From assembly GCA_034780895.1 (NCBI GenBank), contig JAUZTB010000107.1, forward strand, positions 95,258,402 to 95,322,401: DNA of 64,000 nt, in the 5' to 3' direction. Positions 1 to 14,302 of this stretch are shown piece by piece. Both the position numbers and the translations under genes were made by a program. Position 1 is the stretch's first letter, and each line of letters begins with the position of its first letter. This DNA is from Rhynchobatus australiae. Taxonomy: Eukaryota. The notes under the pieces are model-generated. The model was not told the DNA's origin. It made no database searches and was given only the letters and a program-made list of their open reading frames with translations.

Positions 1-462
1 AGAGGGAAACCAGTGAAGGTTCACCAGATTGAGATAAAGGGTTTGTTTTATGAGGGGAGATTAAGTGAACTGGGTCTACATTCTCTTGATTTTAGAAGTA
101 CGAGATGTAATCTGACTGAAACATAAAAAAGATTACAAGTCTTGATAGGGCAGTAGCGGGGATGATGTTTCCCTATCTGTGCTGTCCAGAAACAGGGACT
201 AAAGTCTCAAAATAAGACATCGTATCATCCAGGGGATGATAAATCTTTGGAATTCTCTACCCAAGACGGCTACGGAAGGAAATAGATTGCTGCTGAAGAT
301 ATTCCAGACAGAGGTCAATAGTTGTTATGGTATCAGGGGAACCAAGGGATATGAGGTTAGTTCAGGAAAGTGGCAAAGATCAGACATGATCTTACTGCAT
401 GGTAGAGCAGCCACAAATATTCAAATAGCTTACTCCTGTATTTTTTATTTCTTACGGTCTTA
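1..462 (+). mobile_element. CR1-type LINE 3' fragment (decayed)
   Basis: RFTR..LGLHSL-type remnant, LWNSLP motif and the tail ..ctcctgtatttt..cttacggtctta shared with 26995-28030. Confidence 0.75.
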
Positions 463-1750
463 CAGATAGGTCAGGCCTCAACATCTCAGCTGAAAGATGA
501 CATAGTGCAGCACTTCCTCAGTCCTAGAATTTTGACTCTGGAAGGAGGGTAAAATGAATCAGGATTAAAAAGCTGGCAGCACCATTTGTGGGTTTAGTTA
601 TCACCATCAAGCCTGAGAAGTTATACGCAGCAGTCCGAAATTTGCAAACAAGCACACTCCTTTAATTTAGTGACAGCTTGTCTTCTGTACTTGGCTCACC
701 AGTTGCTCTTTAATGGAAATAACCTCATTTTCAACTCTTGAATTCCATCAGCCTGATTAATTACAAATGAAAGCAATGCAATGCTAGTTAGAACTTCTCC
801 TGATAGGAATTGCACCCATATATCGCATTAATTAGATATTCCTCTGATAATCATAGTCAAAATATTATTTTCAAAGTAATTTTCATTTCTAACTTCAAAT
901 TAAAGATGCCTTACTGAGTGGTGTGGATCTAAGATTTTAGAGGATTATCCTTTCAACATAACCTAGTTTCATCTCAAGCACTATGCAGTCTGTTTCTGAC
1001 AGTTTCCTTATATAAACTCCTCAGTGCAAAACATTTTCTGAGAGTTGTGAGCTAATTTTGTGGACAGTTAAGGATTTGTATGTTTGTGTAATGATGACAG
1101 TTTTTCTGTCTCTTCATTGCTGACAGTTTTATTATAAATTTTAAGAATCATATGCAATTGTTTTTTTAAGATAGATTAATAGCAATTTAACGTAAAGTTG
1201 GATGGACCAAGAGTGACAGTAACATGGTTACTATGAGATGAAACAAAGTCTATCTAGTTTGGTAGAATCACCAATTGTTAAAAAATCATCAGAATGTTGG
1301 TAATGTATGGTGAATGCTCTTTAAGAATTTTTAAAATCTTTTGTTTGACAAAAGCCCTGATAAATTAGAAAACAAATGGCTGTTATTTAATGAATGAATT
1401 TTTCAATCTATGCTGGTAACTCTAGATCAAAACATTTGTAATGACATATGAAATCTAATTAACACTGTAAAGATGTAATATCAAATTAGAAAATTCAGTT
1501 ATCTGTGAATGTGAAAATCTGTTTTGGCATTATCATAAGAGGCAACCCACATAAATGAGTGAAATTGAGTAACTATAGGAATCTCACTGTGAAAGGAGAG
1601 GTTGATATGCATTTTATGGTTACATGGAGGTTAGGATGAGTAGAAGAATGTTTTCAGGTCTAGTATGAGGAGACCGTCAATGCAATTTTAAGGAGAGATT
1701 CAGTAAGTAATTAACAGGGTTGCGGGATTTTAGAATACAGAAGGATAAGA

Positions 1751-1990
1751 AAACATTGCATTTATATAGCAATAACGTTCAAAACTTCAGGATGCCCCAA
1801 AGTGCTTTTAGCTAATCAAGTATTTTTGAAGTACTGTTATAGTATAGGAAAGACAACGGCCAATTCACACACAACAATGAGCAAAGTGACAATGACCAGA
1901 TAATCAGTATTAGTGATTATGATTGAAAGATAAATATGGGACAGAATAACTTCACTGTTCTTTTTAGAAAGAGTCCCATGAATGTATTTT
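1751..1990 (-). mobile_element. DeuSINE-like (SacSINE1/AmnSINE-like) fragment
   Basis: Reverse complement ends ..acttcaaaaatacttgattagctaaaagcactttggggcatcctgaag..gctatataaatgcaa; related copies at 37455-37820 and 38125-38275. Confidence 0.55.
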
Positions 1991-2002
1991 TCAACAATGA
2001 AA

Positions 2003-2965
2003 ACAATTTTAATATGGTGCCTTTATCATAGCAAAACATTTCAAAATGTTTCATAGCAACATTACAAAACAGAATTGAACACCATAGCCAATATGAAGGA
2101 TGACCAAAATGTCTTAAGGAATGTCCTAAAGGGGACAGAGAAGTGGAATAAAGATTTATGGAAGATGAGAAAATCAGGAAAGTTTGAAAACAAGGAAGAG
2201 AATTCTAAAATCAAAGCACTGCTTAACTGGGAGTTAATATACTGTATGTCATGAATGACAATGGTTGATGTTCTGAAAGAAGAAAGGAGAAATAGAAAAA
2301 CTAAGTGTTTTGGGAGGAAACTCCAGAGTTCAGAGCTTTAGTAGTTGTGGAGAAATTCAATTCAGGAATAGTGAAGAGGCAGAAGTGGAAGAGCATTATA
2401 CAGGCTGAATAAATTATACAGAGAGGGAAGTTCAATTGCAAAGAAGGATTTGTAAACAAAGAGAATTTTAAAATCAAAATGTCACTTAACCAGAAGCTAA
2501 TACTGGCCAGCAAGCAGAGAGAATATAGGTGAACGGGACTTGAAGCAATTTAGGACATGGCCAGCAGATGTATCAGACTGTCAAACAGCAGAGGATGGCC
2601 AGGAGTGCAATGGAATAGTCATGTTCTTGTGGTTGAAAGAGGTGCCAATGAGGGTTTCAACAGAAGTTGAGCTGAGACAGGCTGAAATGTAGCAATGTTA
2701 CAGTGGTTGAAGGGGCATTCTTGATATTGACACAGATACGTGGTCTGATGCTCAACTCACAGGTTAAATGTAATACCATGGTTAGTAGTTGTCTTGTTCA
2801 GTTTCAGACAGATCCCAGGGAGAGCAATAGATTGATTACCTGGGAAGGCAGAATGTGGTCAGGACCAAAGACAACAGCTTTGCCACCCCAATATTCAGTT
2901 GGGAAAAATTGATTCCCATTCAGTTTGGATGTGAGACATGCAGTGCGGCAATTCAGAGAGAGTGA
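2003..2965 (-). mobile_element. Old L2-like LINE fragment
   Basis: Collinear similarity with 8155-9100 and 22320-23240; family name inferred. Confidence 0.55.
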
Positions 2966-3525
2966 GGGTCATTTGTCCATCACACCAGAAAGAGCTATCT
3001 TACCCTTTATGCACTTTCTAAAATATTTATCCATTTCCATTTTAAAAACAAACATGGATTCTACTTCCAAGCAATTGATTCCAAGATGGGGATATGTTTC
3101 TTTGAATACGAGGACCACAGCTGCATTCAGTAAACTGAAACCATGTACAATCTTAGCAGGGCCTCTTATTCCTGCCCTTGGAAATAAAGACCAACTTTCC
3201 ATTCCTCTTCCTACCTATTAGCAATATTTGCATGTTTGCTCTTTCATCTTGAACCAATACACTAAGATCTCTCTATACATGAATATGCAACTGACAGATT
3301 TCTGGGCACCAAGCAATATGAGGATTGGACAAGAAAGGGAACCTGAAGCACAGAATCGACAATGATCTTATTGAATGGCAGAGCAGGCTCAAACAATTGT
3401 ACAGACCACTCCTGCATCTACTTCTTATGTCATGAAAGTGGTATTGGATTGGTATTCCATTGCTCAAAGTCATTGTCCACCTACCCTTCAAATTCACCTG
3501 TTACAAGTTTCAAGACTAAAAGGCA

Positions 3526-3528
<3 letters not shown>

Positions 3529-3563
<35 letters not shown>
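3529..3563. repeat. (AC)n microsatellite
   Basis: About 17 perfect AC units. Confidence 0.97.
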
Positions 3564-3567
<4 letters not shown>

Positions 3568-3891
3568 ATGGTCAAACTGTTTCTTCAGGGCAAAGAGCCA
3601 AGAGCCACCTGCGAAGGTTAAGGGTAGTTGTCTTTTGTGAAGTATAAAACGGGTTGGCAGTTTCCAGCTAAGGCGCAAACAAGGCTTGAGTTCCAATTCT
3701 TAACTTGTTGCTAAAATGAAAAATAATGATGGATACACTTAGCTTAAACCCAAACATTATAGGTGGAAAATGAACTTTTAACTTAAGGGCAAACTCTTGG
3801 TTTCTGACATACAGTTTCGAAATTTTCAAACACCATCTGAAATACAGGACTCTTTGTCCAGCTGATTTGCATATTAGAGAAGGGAGATATT

Positions 3892-4210
3892 CATAGAGTC
3901 ATAGAGAGAAACAGCATAGAAACAGGTCCTTCAGTCTACTGAGTCCATGTCAACCATCAACTACCCATCCACATCAATCCCATTTTTATTCTCCCCACAT
4001 TCAAGTCAACTCCCCACAGATGCTACCACTTAACTTCACACTAGGGGCAATTTACAATGTCCAATTAATCTACCAACTTGCACATTTTTGGGAGGAAACT
4101 GCAGTACCTAAGAATGTGCAAACTGCACACTGACAGCACCCAAGGTCATAATTGAACCCTGGTCTCTGGCACTGTCAGGCAGTGGCTCTACTAGCTGCAT
4201 CTCTGTGCCA
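3892..4210 (-). mobile_element. tRNA-derived V-SINE (HE1-like)
   Basis: tRNA-like head at the right end, central gggaggaaac..gtgcaaact domain, CR1-type tail ctctatgactctatg. Confidence 0.75.
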
Positions 4211-5163
4211 TCAGTTTAAAAAGGATTTGAGAAGTTCTTTATTAGTCACTGAATATTCTTTGATAGCTTGAATACAAAAAAAACAGTCAGACTTTGTAAC
4301 TTCAATATGTGTAGAATGCTTGAGTATAATTCAGTGCCAGTGATTCCATACTTGAGAATTTTGGTCATGATGTCAGGAGGAAATGCCAACAAGAGAAAAG
4401 GTAGTTCCTCAAAATGAAGGAGAGCAAACTGTAGTGTGTGTAATCACGGGACACTTTTGGCCAAACCCAAACAACCATTCAAGCCCTGCCCTGGCGGAGG
4501 ACCAAGGGCAGATTGACTGCCACAGTCTACAAAGCTTTAGGCTGAGAAAGTGAGACCATATTTCAAAAGGGAGATCGAGGGGTTAAGTTTTAAATGTATC
4601 AAGAACTGAGTCTGACAACACTAATAATTTAAAAGCATTACAAATCATACTAAAGTCCCGTACATGTTCAAAATCAATGGTTTATGAGTGGTAAACTAAT
4701 AATGAATGTATTAATTCTTTTGCAAAAGTATCAGAGAGTTTAGGATAAATAGCAGAGAGATGCCAGTAATGTGGAACTATAAATGATTTCACTATTTTTG
4801 TATTTCACTTTTTACATGTTTTTTTAATCAATAGTTAAATGTAAAAATCTACAGTGGATTTTGATTATAGTTTTACTTTTTCTTAGGTTACATTGTGTCC
4901 CTTTGCTATATAAATAGTTTCTCAAGTAAATATTGTTGGTGCCCATGTATTGCATTTTAGTATCTGTGGGATGAACTACATATTAATGCTTTCACGTGTA
5001 AGTTTTCAAAAATCAGACATAGCTCTTTTCGTTACCAAGATTTTAAATTTCATTGCATATAATGAACATTAATTTGTGAACTCAAATCATTTTCAAAAAA
5101 ATCACATTATCATTCAAATACTTATTAAATATTCTCTAAGATGTTGTGACAAGCTATGAGAGC

Positions 5164-5335
5164 TGCTGATCTCAAAAGATGTGTAGCTACCACCTATTTA
5201 AATATGTAATCAAACACATCTCATAAATGCCTCTGACAATGAAACATGGAATCTACTTAAGACAGAAATCTCTGATGCATCATAATCCCTACACAGAACA
5301 CCAAAGGTACTTAGGGAAATCTGTGAGGTATTTAA
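5164..5335 (+). promoter_or_regulatory. Putative GRK7 proximal photoreceptor promoter
   Basis: TGCTGA (Maf/NRL half-site) 5164, TAATCA 5207, TAATCC (CRX/OTX) 5283, TATTTAA 5329 about 100 nt upstream of the ATG; motif-level evidence only. Confidence 0.45.
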
Positions 5336-5426
5336 TGGTACAAAATCTCAGTTGTTCACAGCTAACAAGTGCAGACAAACTTTCAGACATTCTCATATTA
5401 AGTGAGGATCGACAAAATTAAACATC

Positions 5427-6029
5427 ATGTGTGACATGGGAGCACTCGATAACCTAATTGCCAATACGGTTTACCTGCAAGCCAGGAAAAGTGTGGATGG
5501 AGATATCAAGGAAATGCGAAAGAGACGACAAAGTTTGGTCCTACCGAGCCATGCACAATGTGTTTCGGTGAAGCAAAATATTGATATTGAATACGAGAGT
5601 GTGTGTGAACAACAACCAATTGGAAAAATGTTGTTCCATCAGCTTACAGCAACAGTCCCAGAATATCAGGTTGCTGTTGACTTCATAAATGAAGTTTTCA
5701 ACTTTTACCTGGCTGAGAATGGAGTAAAGGAGAACCTGCGACAGAACATTGTAACTAATTTTCTGAAGCCTGATTCGAAAAATTACCTGTCCTTCCTCAG
5801 CCAAGAACTGGTTGATAAATGTAAAACTGCTGCAGGAAAGGAATCTGAGGAACTCCTGGCTCTGGTTGAATCAGAAGCTAAAACATTCCTCAAGGGACAA
5901 GCTTTCCAGGACTTTCTATACAGTCCATTTTTTGACAAATTCTTGCAATGGAAAACCTTTGAATGTCAGCCTATAACTGAAAAATATTTTTATCAATTCA
6001 GAGTTTTAGGCAAAGGAGGATTTGGAGAG
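5427..6029 (+). CDS. GRK7: G protein-coupled receptor kinase 7, coding exon 1 (N-terminal helix, RH domain, start of kinase domain)
   Basis: ATG at 5427 gives MCDMGALDNLIANTVYLQARK ... FRVLGKGGFGE (P-loop); 603 nt, donor GAG|gtaagg at 6030, phase 0. Confidence 0.96.
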
Positions 6030-6252
6030 GTAAGGTCCTTGTTATGTAGAACATTAGGTTTGGGGAAAATATAAGAAAAATAATCTTCCTGGTAATTTTT
6101 CTGTATCTTTGCATTGAGATATATACATATATTAACACTTAAATATATTTTAAATCAGTTGGAAAACTTGATAGCAAATAATAGTTATTTGTAGCTATTT
6201 TATCACTTAACACGTTAGAATCAGCCAATGAATTGTTTGAAGTTTCAGATAA

Positions 6253-6735
<483 letters not shown>

Positions 6736-6989
6736 TGACATACATGCACCTGTAGAATTATTGTGGCCTAGAAATCTGTAAATCTCATAACGACATCAGG
6801 TAAAAGCCAGTCACAAACATCCTAATAAAGATCCCATTATGTTGTCAAGTCAGCTGATAAGAGGAATTCACTAAATACATTATTAGTCTTAAAATGCTTT
6901 TGAAGTATAGCCGTATGAAAAATGCACAGAGGCTCAGTTTTTGCAGCGGGAATAGTAGCAAGTTGGGCAGCAACTCAGCATACCATTCG

Positions 6990-7636
6990 TAGAACATACA
7001 GCACAGTTTGGGCCCTTCAGCTCACTATCTTGTGCTGACCGATATAGACCTTATCCACATTCAATCTCTCCCTTTCTCTCCCTTCACCTCCCATAATCCT
7101 CTATTTTTCTTTCANNNNNNNNNNCTGAGCAAAAACCTACCTGGCATCTCCGCTGAACTTTCCTCCATGCACCTTAAATGGGTGACCTCTAGTATTGGCC
7201 ATTACTGCCCTGGGGGAAAAGGTACTGGCTGTCCACTCTATCTATGCCTCTCATAATCTTATACACCTCCATCAAGTTGTCTCTCATCCTCCATCGCTCC
7301 AAAGAGAAAAGTCCTAACTCAATCAGCCTCTCGTCATTAGACATGTCCTCCAATCCAAGCAGCATCCTTGTAAATCTCCTCTGCACCCTCTCCAAAGCTT
7401 CCACATCCTTCCTATAATGTGGTGACCAGAACCAAGTGTGCTCTAACCAGGATCTTATAGAGCTGTAACATTACCTCTGGTTCTTGAACTCAGTCCCCTG
7501 GCTAATGAAGGCCAGCACATCATACGCCTTCTTCACCACCCTATCAACTTGCATGGCAACTTTGAGGGATCTATGTACTTGGACCCCAAGATCCCTCTGT
7601 TCCTCCACACTGCTAAGAATCCTGTCATTAACCATG
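6990..7636 (-). mobile_element. CR1 LINE 3' fragment in GRK7 intron 2
   Basis: Minus-strand ORF ALERVQRRFTRML..LGLFSLE.WRMRDNL.EVYKIMRGIDRV. Confidence 0.85.
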
Positions 7637-8154
7637 NNNNNNNNNNNNNNNNNNNNNNNNNNNNNNNNNNNNNNNNNNNNNNNNNNNNNNNNNNNNNNNN
7701 NNNNNNNNNNNNNNNNNNNNNNNNNNNNNNNNNNNNCAAATAAAATGCATCCGATTCATTATGTTGTTTTGCATGCTCTGGAACATCTCAGGAATGAGAT
7801 CATGACAGTAAATTCGGAAAGTTAAGGCCCATTCTGCTAGTGCAAAATATGTGGCTGAATTCCTCCCCATGCCCCCAAAAACTTATATGTCAGGGGATAA
7901 AAGCAAATAACTGGGTCCACTTTCTATATTTTATACTACTTTTTAGTATTATTTTGCATGCTTTACACTTTGTCAGAAAAACATTGCATTTGAAATAAAT
8001 CAACTATGTCAGCAAAATGCTACTATAGTGTACAATGATGATATATATTTGAGTCAAATGCATATTGCCATAAAATATTGCACAGCAACAGATTATTATT
8101 AGTACTGAAAATTCTATCCTGGTTTTCTACTTCTAACATTCCCAGTAACCTGTA

Positions 8155-9100
8155 TTTCTAAAGTGCCCCTAATACAGCAAAATATCCAAAGGTGCTTCAC
8201 AAAAATATTATCAGATAATTGTTACACCAACCCACATAACAAGACATTAGGGCGAGCAATGTAAAGCTTAATGAAAGAGATAGTAATGCATTAAAGAAGA
8301 GCTGTAGAGTTGGTGAGATTTAGGGAGGAGATGTCAGTGTCTAGAGAATTGGCAGTTGAAAGCATAGACACCAGTGGTAGAATAGTTAAATGTGGGTGAT
8401 TGAGAAGACAGACTGGAGGATTGTAGGGCTAGAGAAGATCCCGAAAATAGGGAGAAGCTAGGCCATGGAGAGATTTGAAAGCAAGGGTGAAAAGTTTGCC
8501 TAACTAGGAGCCATTAGCAAGCACAAGTGTAATGGGCAGATGGAACATGATGCAGGTTTGAACATCAGAAGCAAGTGGCTTAAGGTTCATGGATCATAGA
8601 ATGAAGCAGGCCACCAAAATGTGGCAAAATAATCAGGTCTAGAAATAACAAAAGCTTGAGAGTTTCAGCAGAAGATGGGTCCTGACAGGACTAAAAACAT
8701 TATGGAGGTGAAAATAGATGGTGCGGCATGGATATATGGTCCAAAGCTTTCTATGTGGCATCAAGTTTGTGGACAGTATTGTTTAGTTTCAGACAGTTAG
8801 CAGAGGGGGTTATGGAACTTGTAGCTAGAGAAGATTCTGATGATTTGTTTAGAGGAAATGTCTGCTCATCCAATGCAGCATGCCAGTTGAGCTATTTAGA
8901 AACAGAGAAGAGGTCAGATGATGTGGTGGTGTAAAGCTATGTGTCATCAGCATACATGTGGAAACTGAGGGGCGATCGAATGAAGCTGTCCAGGGGTAGC
9001 ACATATATAAAAACAAGAATGCCTTAGTAGATCTTTGGGCGATATCTGTGGTAATGGTATGTTTGCAAGAAGAGAAAAAAATTACTGGTAATTCTCTGGC
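8155..9100 (-). mobile_element. Old L2-like LINE fragment
   Basis: Shares blocks with 2003-2965 and 22320-23240; rc of gtgtcatcagcataca gives YADDT (RT motif) near 8941. Confidence 0.6.
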
Positions 9101-10044
9101 TGCAACTGAAATTTTCATTACTTTTTTTTCTGTATGGCATGACTCAAAATCATATTTTATCATTTCTGCATTTTAATATAAATATAAAAGAAGTTGATGT
9201 TTTGGTGACTTAATTAAGGAAATGAGAGTGTCATATCAATATTTTATGAGACAAAATCCCATTGAATTACAATAAGAAACAAAAAGTAGGAAAACAAGTT
9301 ACACATCAGTTAGCAGCAGCTGTGTAAAATATGAGAGAAAAACTAGAGTTGTGTGACCAGCACAAACATTTGTGAAGAAAGATTAATAGGCTTTAGTAAA
9401 ATAATAGGAATATCAAGAACCATCATAAAGCAATGTGACATTGTTTCAAGAAACATGCATAAGACAAAGAATTATTGTGGAGAAGCAACATTCTAGCAAA
9501 GGGGCATTTCAATAAGAGCATATGGTTAGTCTTTAAAATAACCAGGATGATTATGAAGGAAAATGCTGCAAATAATGGAAGTGTGAAGCTAAGTTGAAGT
9601 ATTGTGAGAAATCACCAAAAATCTAGTTAATGCGGTGAATCCCAAGGGGAGTTCATTGACTGTAGATCAATGAAATGCTCAATCTGCGTCATCAGATCTT
9701 TGAAGGGATTGTCAAATTGAATAGAACTCTTGTAAATTGTAATTATTGCTGGTGATTTTAAAAACAACTTATTTTACTTTTCTCTTTTTTACTTTTGTAT
9801 CTTTTACCTCTACCTTACTTTCTCTCTCCCTCTCTTTATGTCATTTTCTCTCCAACTTTTATTTTATTATTTGTATTTTTTGCATAATTATTTTTTTATA
9901 TTCATTTGAAGGAATTGGGCTTCACAGGCTGAGCCTGTGTTTAATTGCCCTTGAGAAGGTGGTGGTGAGCTGACTCCCTGAACCGCTGCAGTCCTTGAGG
10001 TTTGGGTATACCCACAATGTTATTGCAACTGTTATTCTGGTCCA

Positions 10045-10197
10045 TGAATCCATGAACACTACTTCATTATTCCTTTTCTTTTTTGGACTATTTATTTATT
10101 TTGTAATTTACAGTAATTTCATGTCTTTGCACTGTACTGCTGCCACAAAACAAATTTCATGACATATAAGTCAGTGATAATAAACCAGATTCTGATT
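10045..10197 (+). mobile_element. Rex1/Babar-like LINE 3' end
   Basis: ttgcactgtactgctgcc..aataaaccagattctgatt tail; family inferred. Confidence 0.5.
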
Positions 10198-11861
10198 AAG
10201 ACCCTGCATGACTCAGTAAGGATTCTTCAATCTGGTTGAATGCAGAGATACACTATTGCTTTCGCTGCTCACACAGGCTCCAGATCCTCTGTACGGGATG
10301 CTACATTAAAATGACACCCCACTTGCTGTAAGCTGCTCCACAAAAAAAATCTGTGGGCTGTTATAATAAACATTAGATGGCTGGTGACTAAAAAATCAAG
10401 ATCATTAATATTAATGCAATGTCTGCTCATTTTTAACATAAACTCCTCTGCCCTTGCTACCATTATCATGATAATAATATTCAATTAATTATTGTCTTAT
10501 AAAGTGTCAGTCAATTTCACAGTTTGAACACTCATTAAAAATTATTAACAAATCACCATTCTATTGAATCCAATTTTAATACCTGCCCAAAATGTTATAT
10601 GTACTGTAATTGAATATTTAGCTTTATTGAAAAGCTACAGAACATTCATGTTTGATTCACCATTGTTGACAGTTGGAACTCTAGCCTCAATCTCAATACG
10701 GAAAATTACTGCAATTCAATTAATGCAATTTATTTTGGAATAAATCATTGTCATCAACTGGTTCAGCACAGAATCCTCTTAATTCCATTTAAGCTTCTTC
10801 ACCTGTGTAAACACGAGCATTGCTTCTTTCAATCCATGCATCCAAAACAATGAACAAATAGACGAAAAAATATTCCCTTTTAATAACCACACAAACATCA
10901 ATAATGTGTAACATTAATTTGCAGATCATTGGGTAAGAGTTAAGAGATCATCAGTGTTCTCTTAATTGAAAATGTGGGTGTAGAAACATGTCTTCTGTCA
11001 CGTATAGTAGACATGTGATCCGATAGTATTTGCAGACTGTACTTGTCAACTTCCAACATTTGAACACATTCAATGCAAACAGCTGGGGATGAATTTCTAT
11101 CCTGGGAACAGTAATAATTAAGTGGAAATGTACAAGAAGACTATAATAATGCAGATGTTGCAATGAGTTTATAGGTCAGAGGGTTTATAGAAGGATGATC
11201 ATTTGGGAAAGACCATGGAACTGTGGGCCACAAGCTGACAGAGGAAAAGGATCACTGGAGAATCCGACAGCAAAGTTAGAGAAGGGGAATATGCGGAAGA
11301 AGAATAAAATCAAACACAATGGAAAAGCAAAAGTAGCAAAAGTGAAAAATCTGTAGACTATAATCATGTATTTGAAAGTGAAATGCAGTAAATAATAAAC
11401 TTTGCAAAATAATTGCCTTTGTAATTTGCAGTAAGACTGTCTTGTTTTAGCAGATAATAACAGCAATATTTTTAAAGTGTGGGCTGATTTTGTTTCAGCA
11501 ATTTGCACCAATGACTCATCTTTATTCTTACACTCTGAAAATTGCACTCCTATTATGAATTTTCTCAAATCCGAACACATTTTTTTTAAACTGCTTGAGC
11601 CTCAATCCATCAAATGACACATTCTCTACCTTTTTATGTTACTGCGTTGTAATCACAGCCTGTCAATAATAACACAATAACTCAAAAATATCTCTGTAGA
11701 ACACGGGGGTCCTTCCAGTGTACCTACATTACCCAGTTCTTGGTTGATAAATAATTCAGTTGAGAATATACCATAAACAAATTTTAATTTGACTAATGCA
11801 ATAATGCATTTGCCTTTATTTATGTACTTAAAATGTTCTTTGTTTTCTTAAAATATTTCAG

Positions 11862-12133
11862 GCTGGAACTAATGGTTATATGGCTCCAGAGATTTTAAAA
11901 GAAGAAAAGTACACCTACTCTGTGGACTGGTTTGCTCTAGGATGCAGCATTTATGAAATGATTGCAGGCAGAACTCCTTTCAAGGATTACAAGGAAAAGG
12001 TCAGTAAAGATGAAGTGAAAAGGAGAACACTGGAAGATGAAGTGAAATATGAGCACCCTAAGTTCACAGAAGAGTCAAAGGACATCTGCCAACTGCTTTT
12101 GGCAAAAAACTCGGAAGAACGCTTGGGCTGCAG
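11862..12133 (+). CDS. GRK7: GRK7 coding exon 3 (activation segment end, C-lobe)
   Basis: Acceptor atttcag|GCT; AGTNGYMAPE..SVDWFALGC..RLGC; 272 nt; donor AG|gtaagg at 12134, phase 2. Confidence 0.95.
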
Positions 12134-12825
12134 GTAAGGATCTTGAAACACATAGTCAGGTCTGTGAGTCATTTTACTTTCCATTGTGTTGATCTGCAAC
12201 AAAAGTTTTAATATGATTGTTATTCTAAAATATGCCCAATCTGCCACAATAACTACAATGATGCATGCTGTGAAAGCTGGTGTTTGAGGGAAGTTGCCTT
12301 TTTAACATCTAAAAGAATACTTAAATGCTATCATTTCAGGATATTTCATTATGAAGTGGAAAATATAAATTCAGGAATTTAAATCAATCTACAGTGTTTG
12401 CAGATCAATCCACTACTCAATTTTCTGATCAAATTATATTTAATTATATGTACACTATCACTTAGTGTTTATATTCATGTAATTTTCCTTTGTTATCCCT
12501 GCCTGAAATTGAAAAATGGGTTCAGATTNNNNNNNNNNNNNNNNNNNNNNNNNNNNNNNNNNNNNNNNNNNNNNNNNNNNNNNNNNNNNNNNNNNNNNNN
12601 NNNNNNNNNNNNNNNNNNNNNNNNNNNNCCTGCCTGAAATTGAAAAATGGGTTCAGATTAACTACACCTACAAAGACTAGTATCTGGACCTTACCGAATT
12701 CTCTCCACCTCCCCCTGCTAAGATGGCATGTGTGCTCCGGCCCCATAAGAATATAAGTAGACTATTCAGCCCATTGATCCTGTTCCACATTAAATTAGCC
12801 TCTCTTATATATTTATTCATTTTAC

Positions 12826-14270
12826 AGGATGTATCTGATACTGGAATTGTAAATATTTATTGCCTTTCATTAACTGTTCTAGAGAAGGTAGCAGTGGTGA
12901 ACTTCCTTCTTGAACTGTTGTTCTGCTGTTCTTCTAATGAAGGCATTCCCACAGTGCTGTTGAGGAGAGAGTTTCAGGATTTAGACTCTATGGTGATAAA
13001 TGAATAGTGATATATTTCCAAGCCAGGACAGTATGTGACCTGAAAGGAACATGCAGGTGGTGGTTTCCCTATATACCTGCTGCCTTTGTCCTGCTTGGCA
13101 GAGATCATGGATTAGGAAGGTGCTGTCAGAGTCACTTAGGTGAATAACTGCAGTGTATTTTATAGGTGATACACACTGCAGCTATGGTGTGTTGGTGGCA
13201 GAGGGAACCCATATTTAGGCTGCTGGATTTGGTGCCAGTCAATCAAGCTGCATTGTCCTGGATGATGTCAAATTTCTTGAGTGTTGTCAAGAGCTGCACC
13301 CATCCAGTGTTGTGGGTTTTCCATTGCACTCCTGATTTATGTCTTGTAGATGGCTCAGGAGATGAATCACTCACCGCAGGATACCCAGCCTACTCTTGTA
13401 GCCATAAAGTTTATGTGGCTGGTACAATTGAATCTCTGGTCAGTGGTATAGTACAAGCTGTCAATGGTAGGAGCTCAGTGATGGTAATGCCATTGAATAT
13501 CAATGACAGTTGGTTAGATTCTCCCTTGTTTGAGATAGCCTTTGCCTTGCACTTGTTTGCCACTTATTAGCCTATGCCAGAATTTTGTTTAGATCTTGCT
13601 CCACATAGGCATAAACAGATTCATCTTCTTAGGAATTGTGATGGAATTTCCTGGATTAGGAGTTGGCCCTTTGATCAATTTAATGAGGGGTCGTTGATGC
13701 CACTCTTCTCCTAATGCTGCCTTGATGTTAAGGATGGTTACTCTCACCTGACCCCGGGAATTTAGCTCTTTGGCCCCTATTTGTATTGAGATCTGGAGCC
13801 AACTAATCCTAGCAAAATCCAAGCTGAGCATTGCTGAGCTGGTTGATTGATAAGTGTTATTTGACTGTTAACACCTTCCATCCCTTTGTAAATGAGAGAG
13901 TAGTAAGTGGTAATTGGCCAGTTGAACTTATTCTGCTTTTTGTGGATGTTATATCTGGGTAATTTTCCACTGTGTTGGACAGGTTTTTATCTTGTACTAA
14001 AACAGCTCGGCTAGTTCTGGTACACATGTCTTCACTACCACAGCTGAGATATTGATGGTGGCCCAATGGTTTTGGCTGTATTCAATAATGTCTGCAATAA
14101 TGCCACAGCGAGAAGTCATGAATGGTGAATTGAAATGTCTGAGCTCTGTCTTCTGTGATGGGGATCCAGGGAGAAGGGTCACCCAATTCTGGCCAAAGAT
14201 GCTTTTAAACTCTTTACCTAGCCTTTTTCAGTACATGCGGGGCTCTGGTATCATTGAGGATGGAGACATA
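12826..14270 (-). mobile_element. Decayed CR1/L2-clade LINE with RT remnants (GRK7 intron 3)
   Basis: Minus-strand VRVTILNIKAALGEEWHQ (LDIxxAFDxVWH-like) and KTCVPELAELF; its 3' end recurs at 9905-10020, 32412-32530 and 57890-58100. Confidence 0.7.
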
Positions 14271-14302
14271 AATGGATTCTCCCCTCTTTGTCCATCACCA
14301 TC

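Noticed and set aside
5541-5804. Antisense ORF within GRK7 exon 1 (also 11987-12247 and 52317-52613)
   Set aside because: Shadow frames of real exons with no independent coding signal
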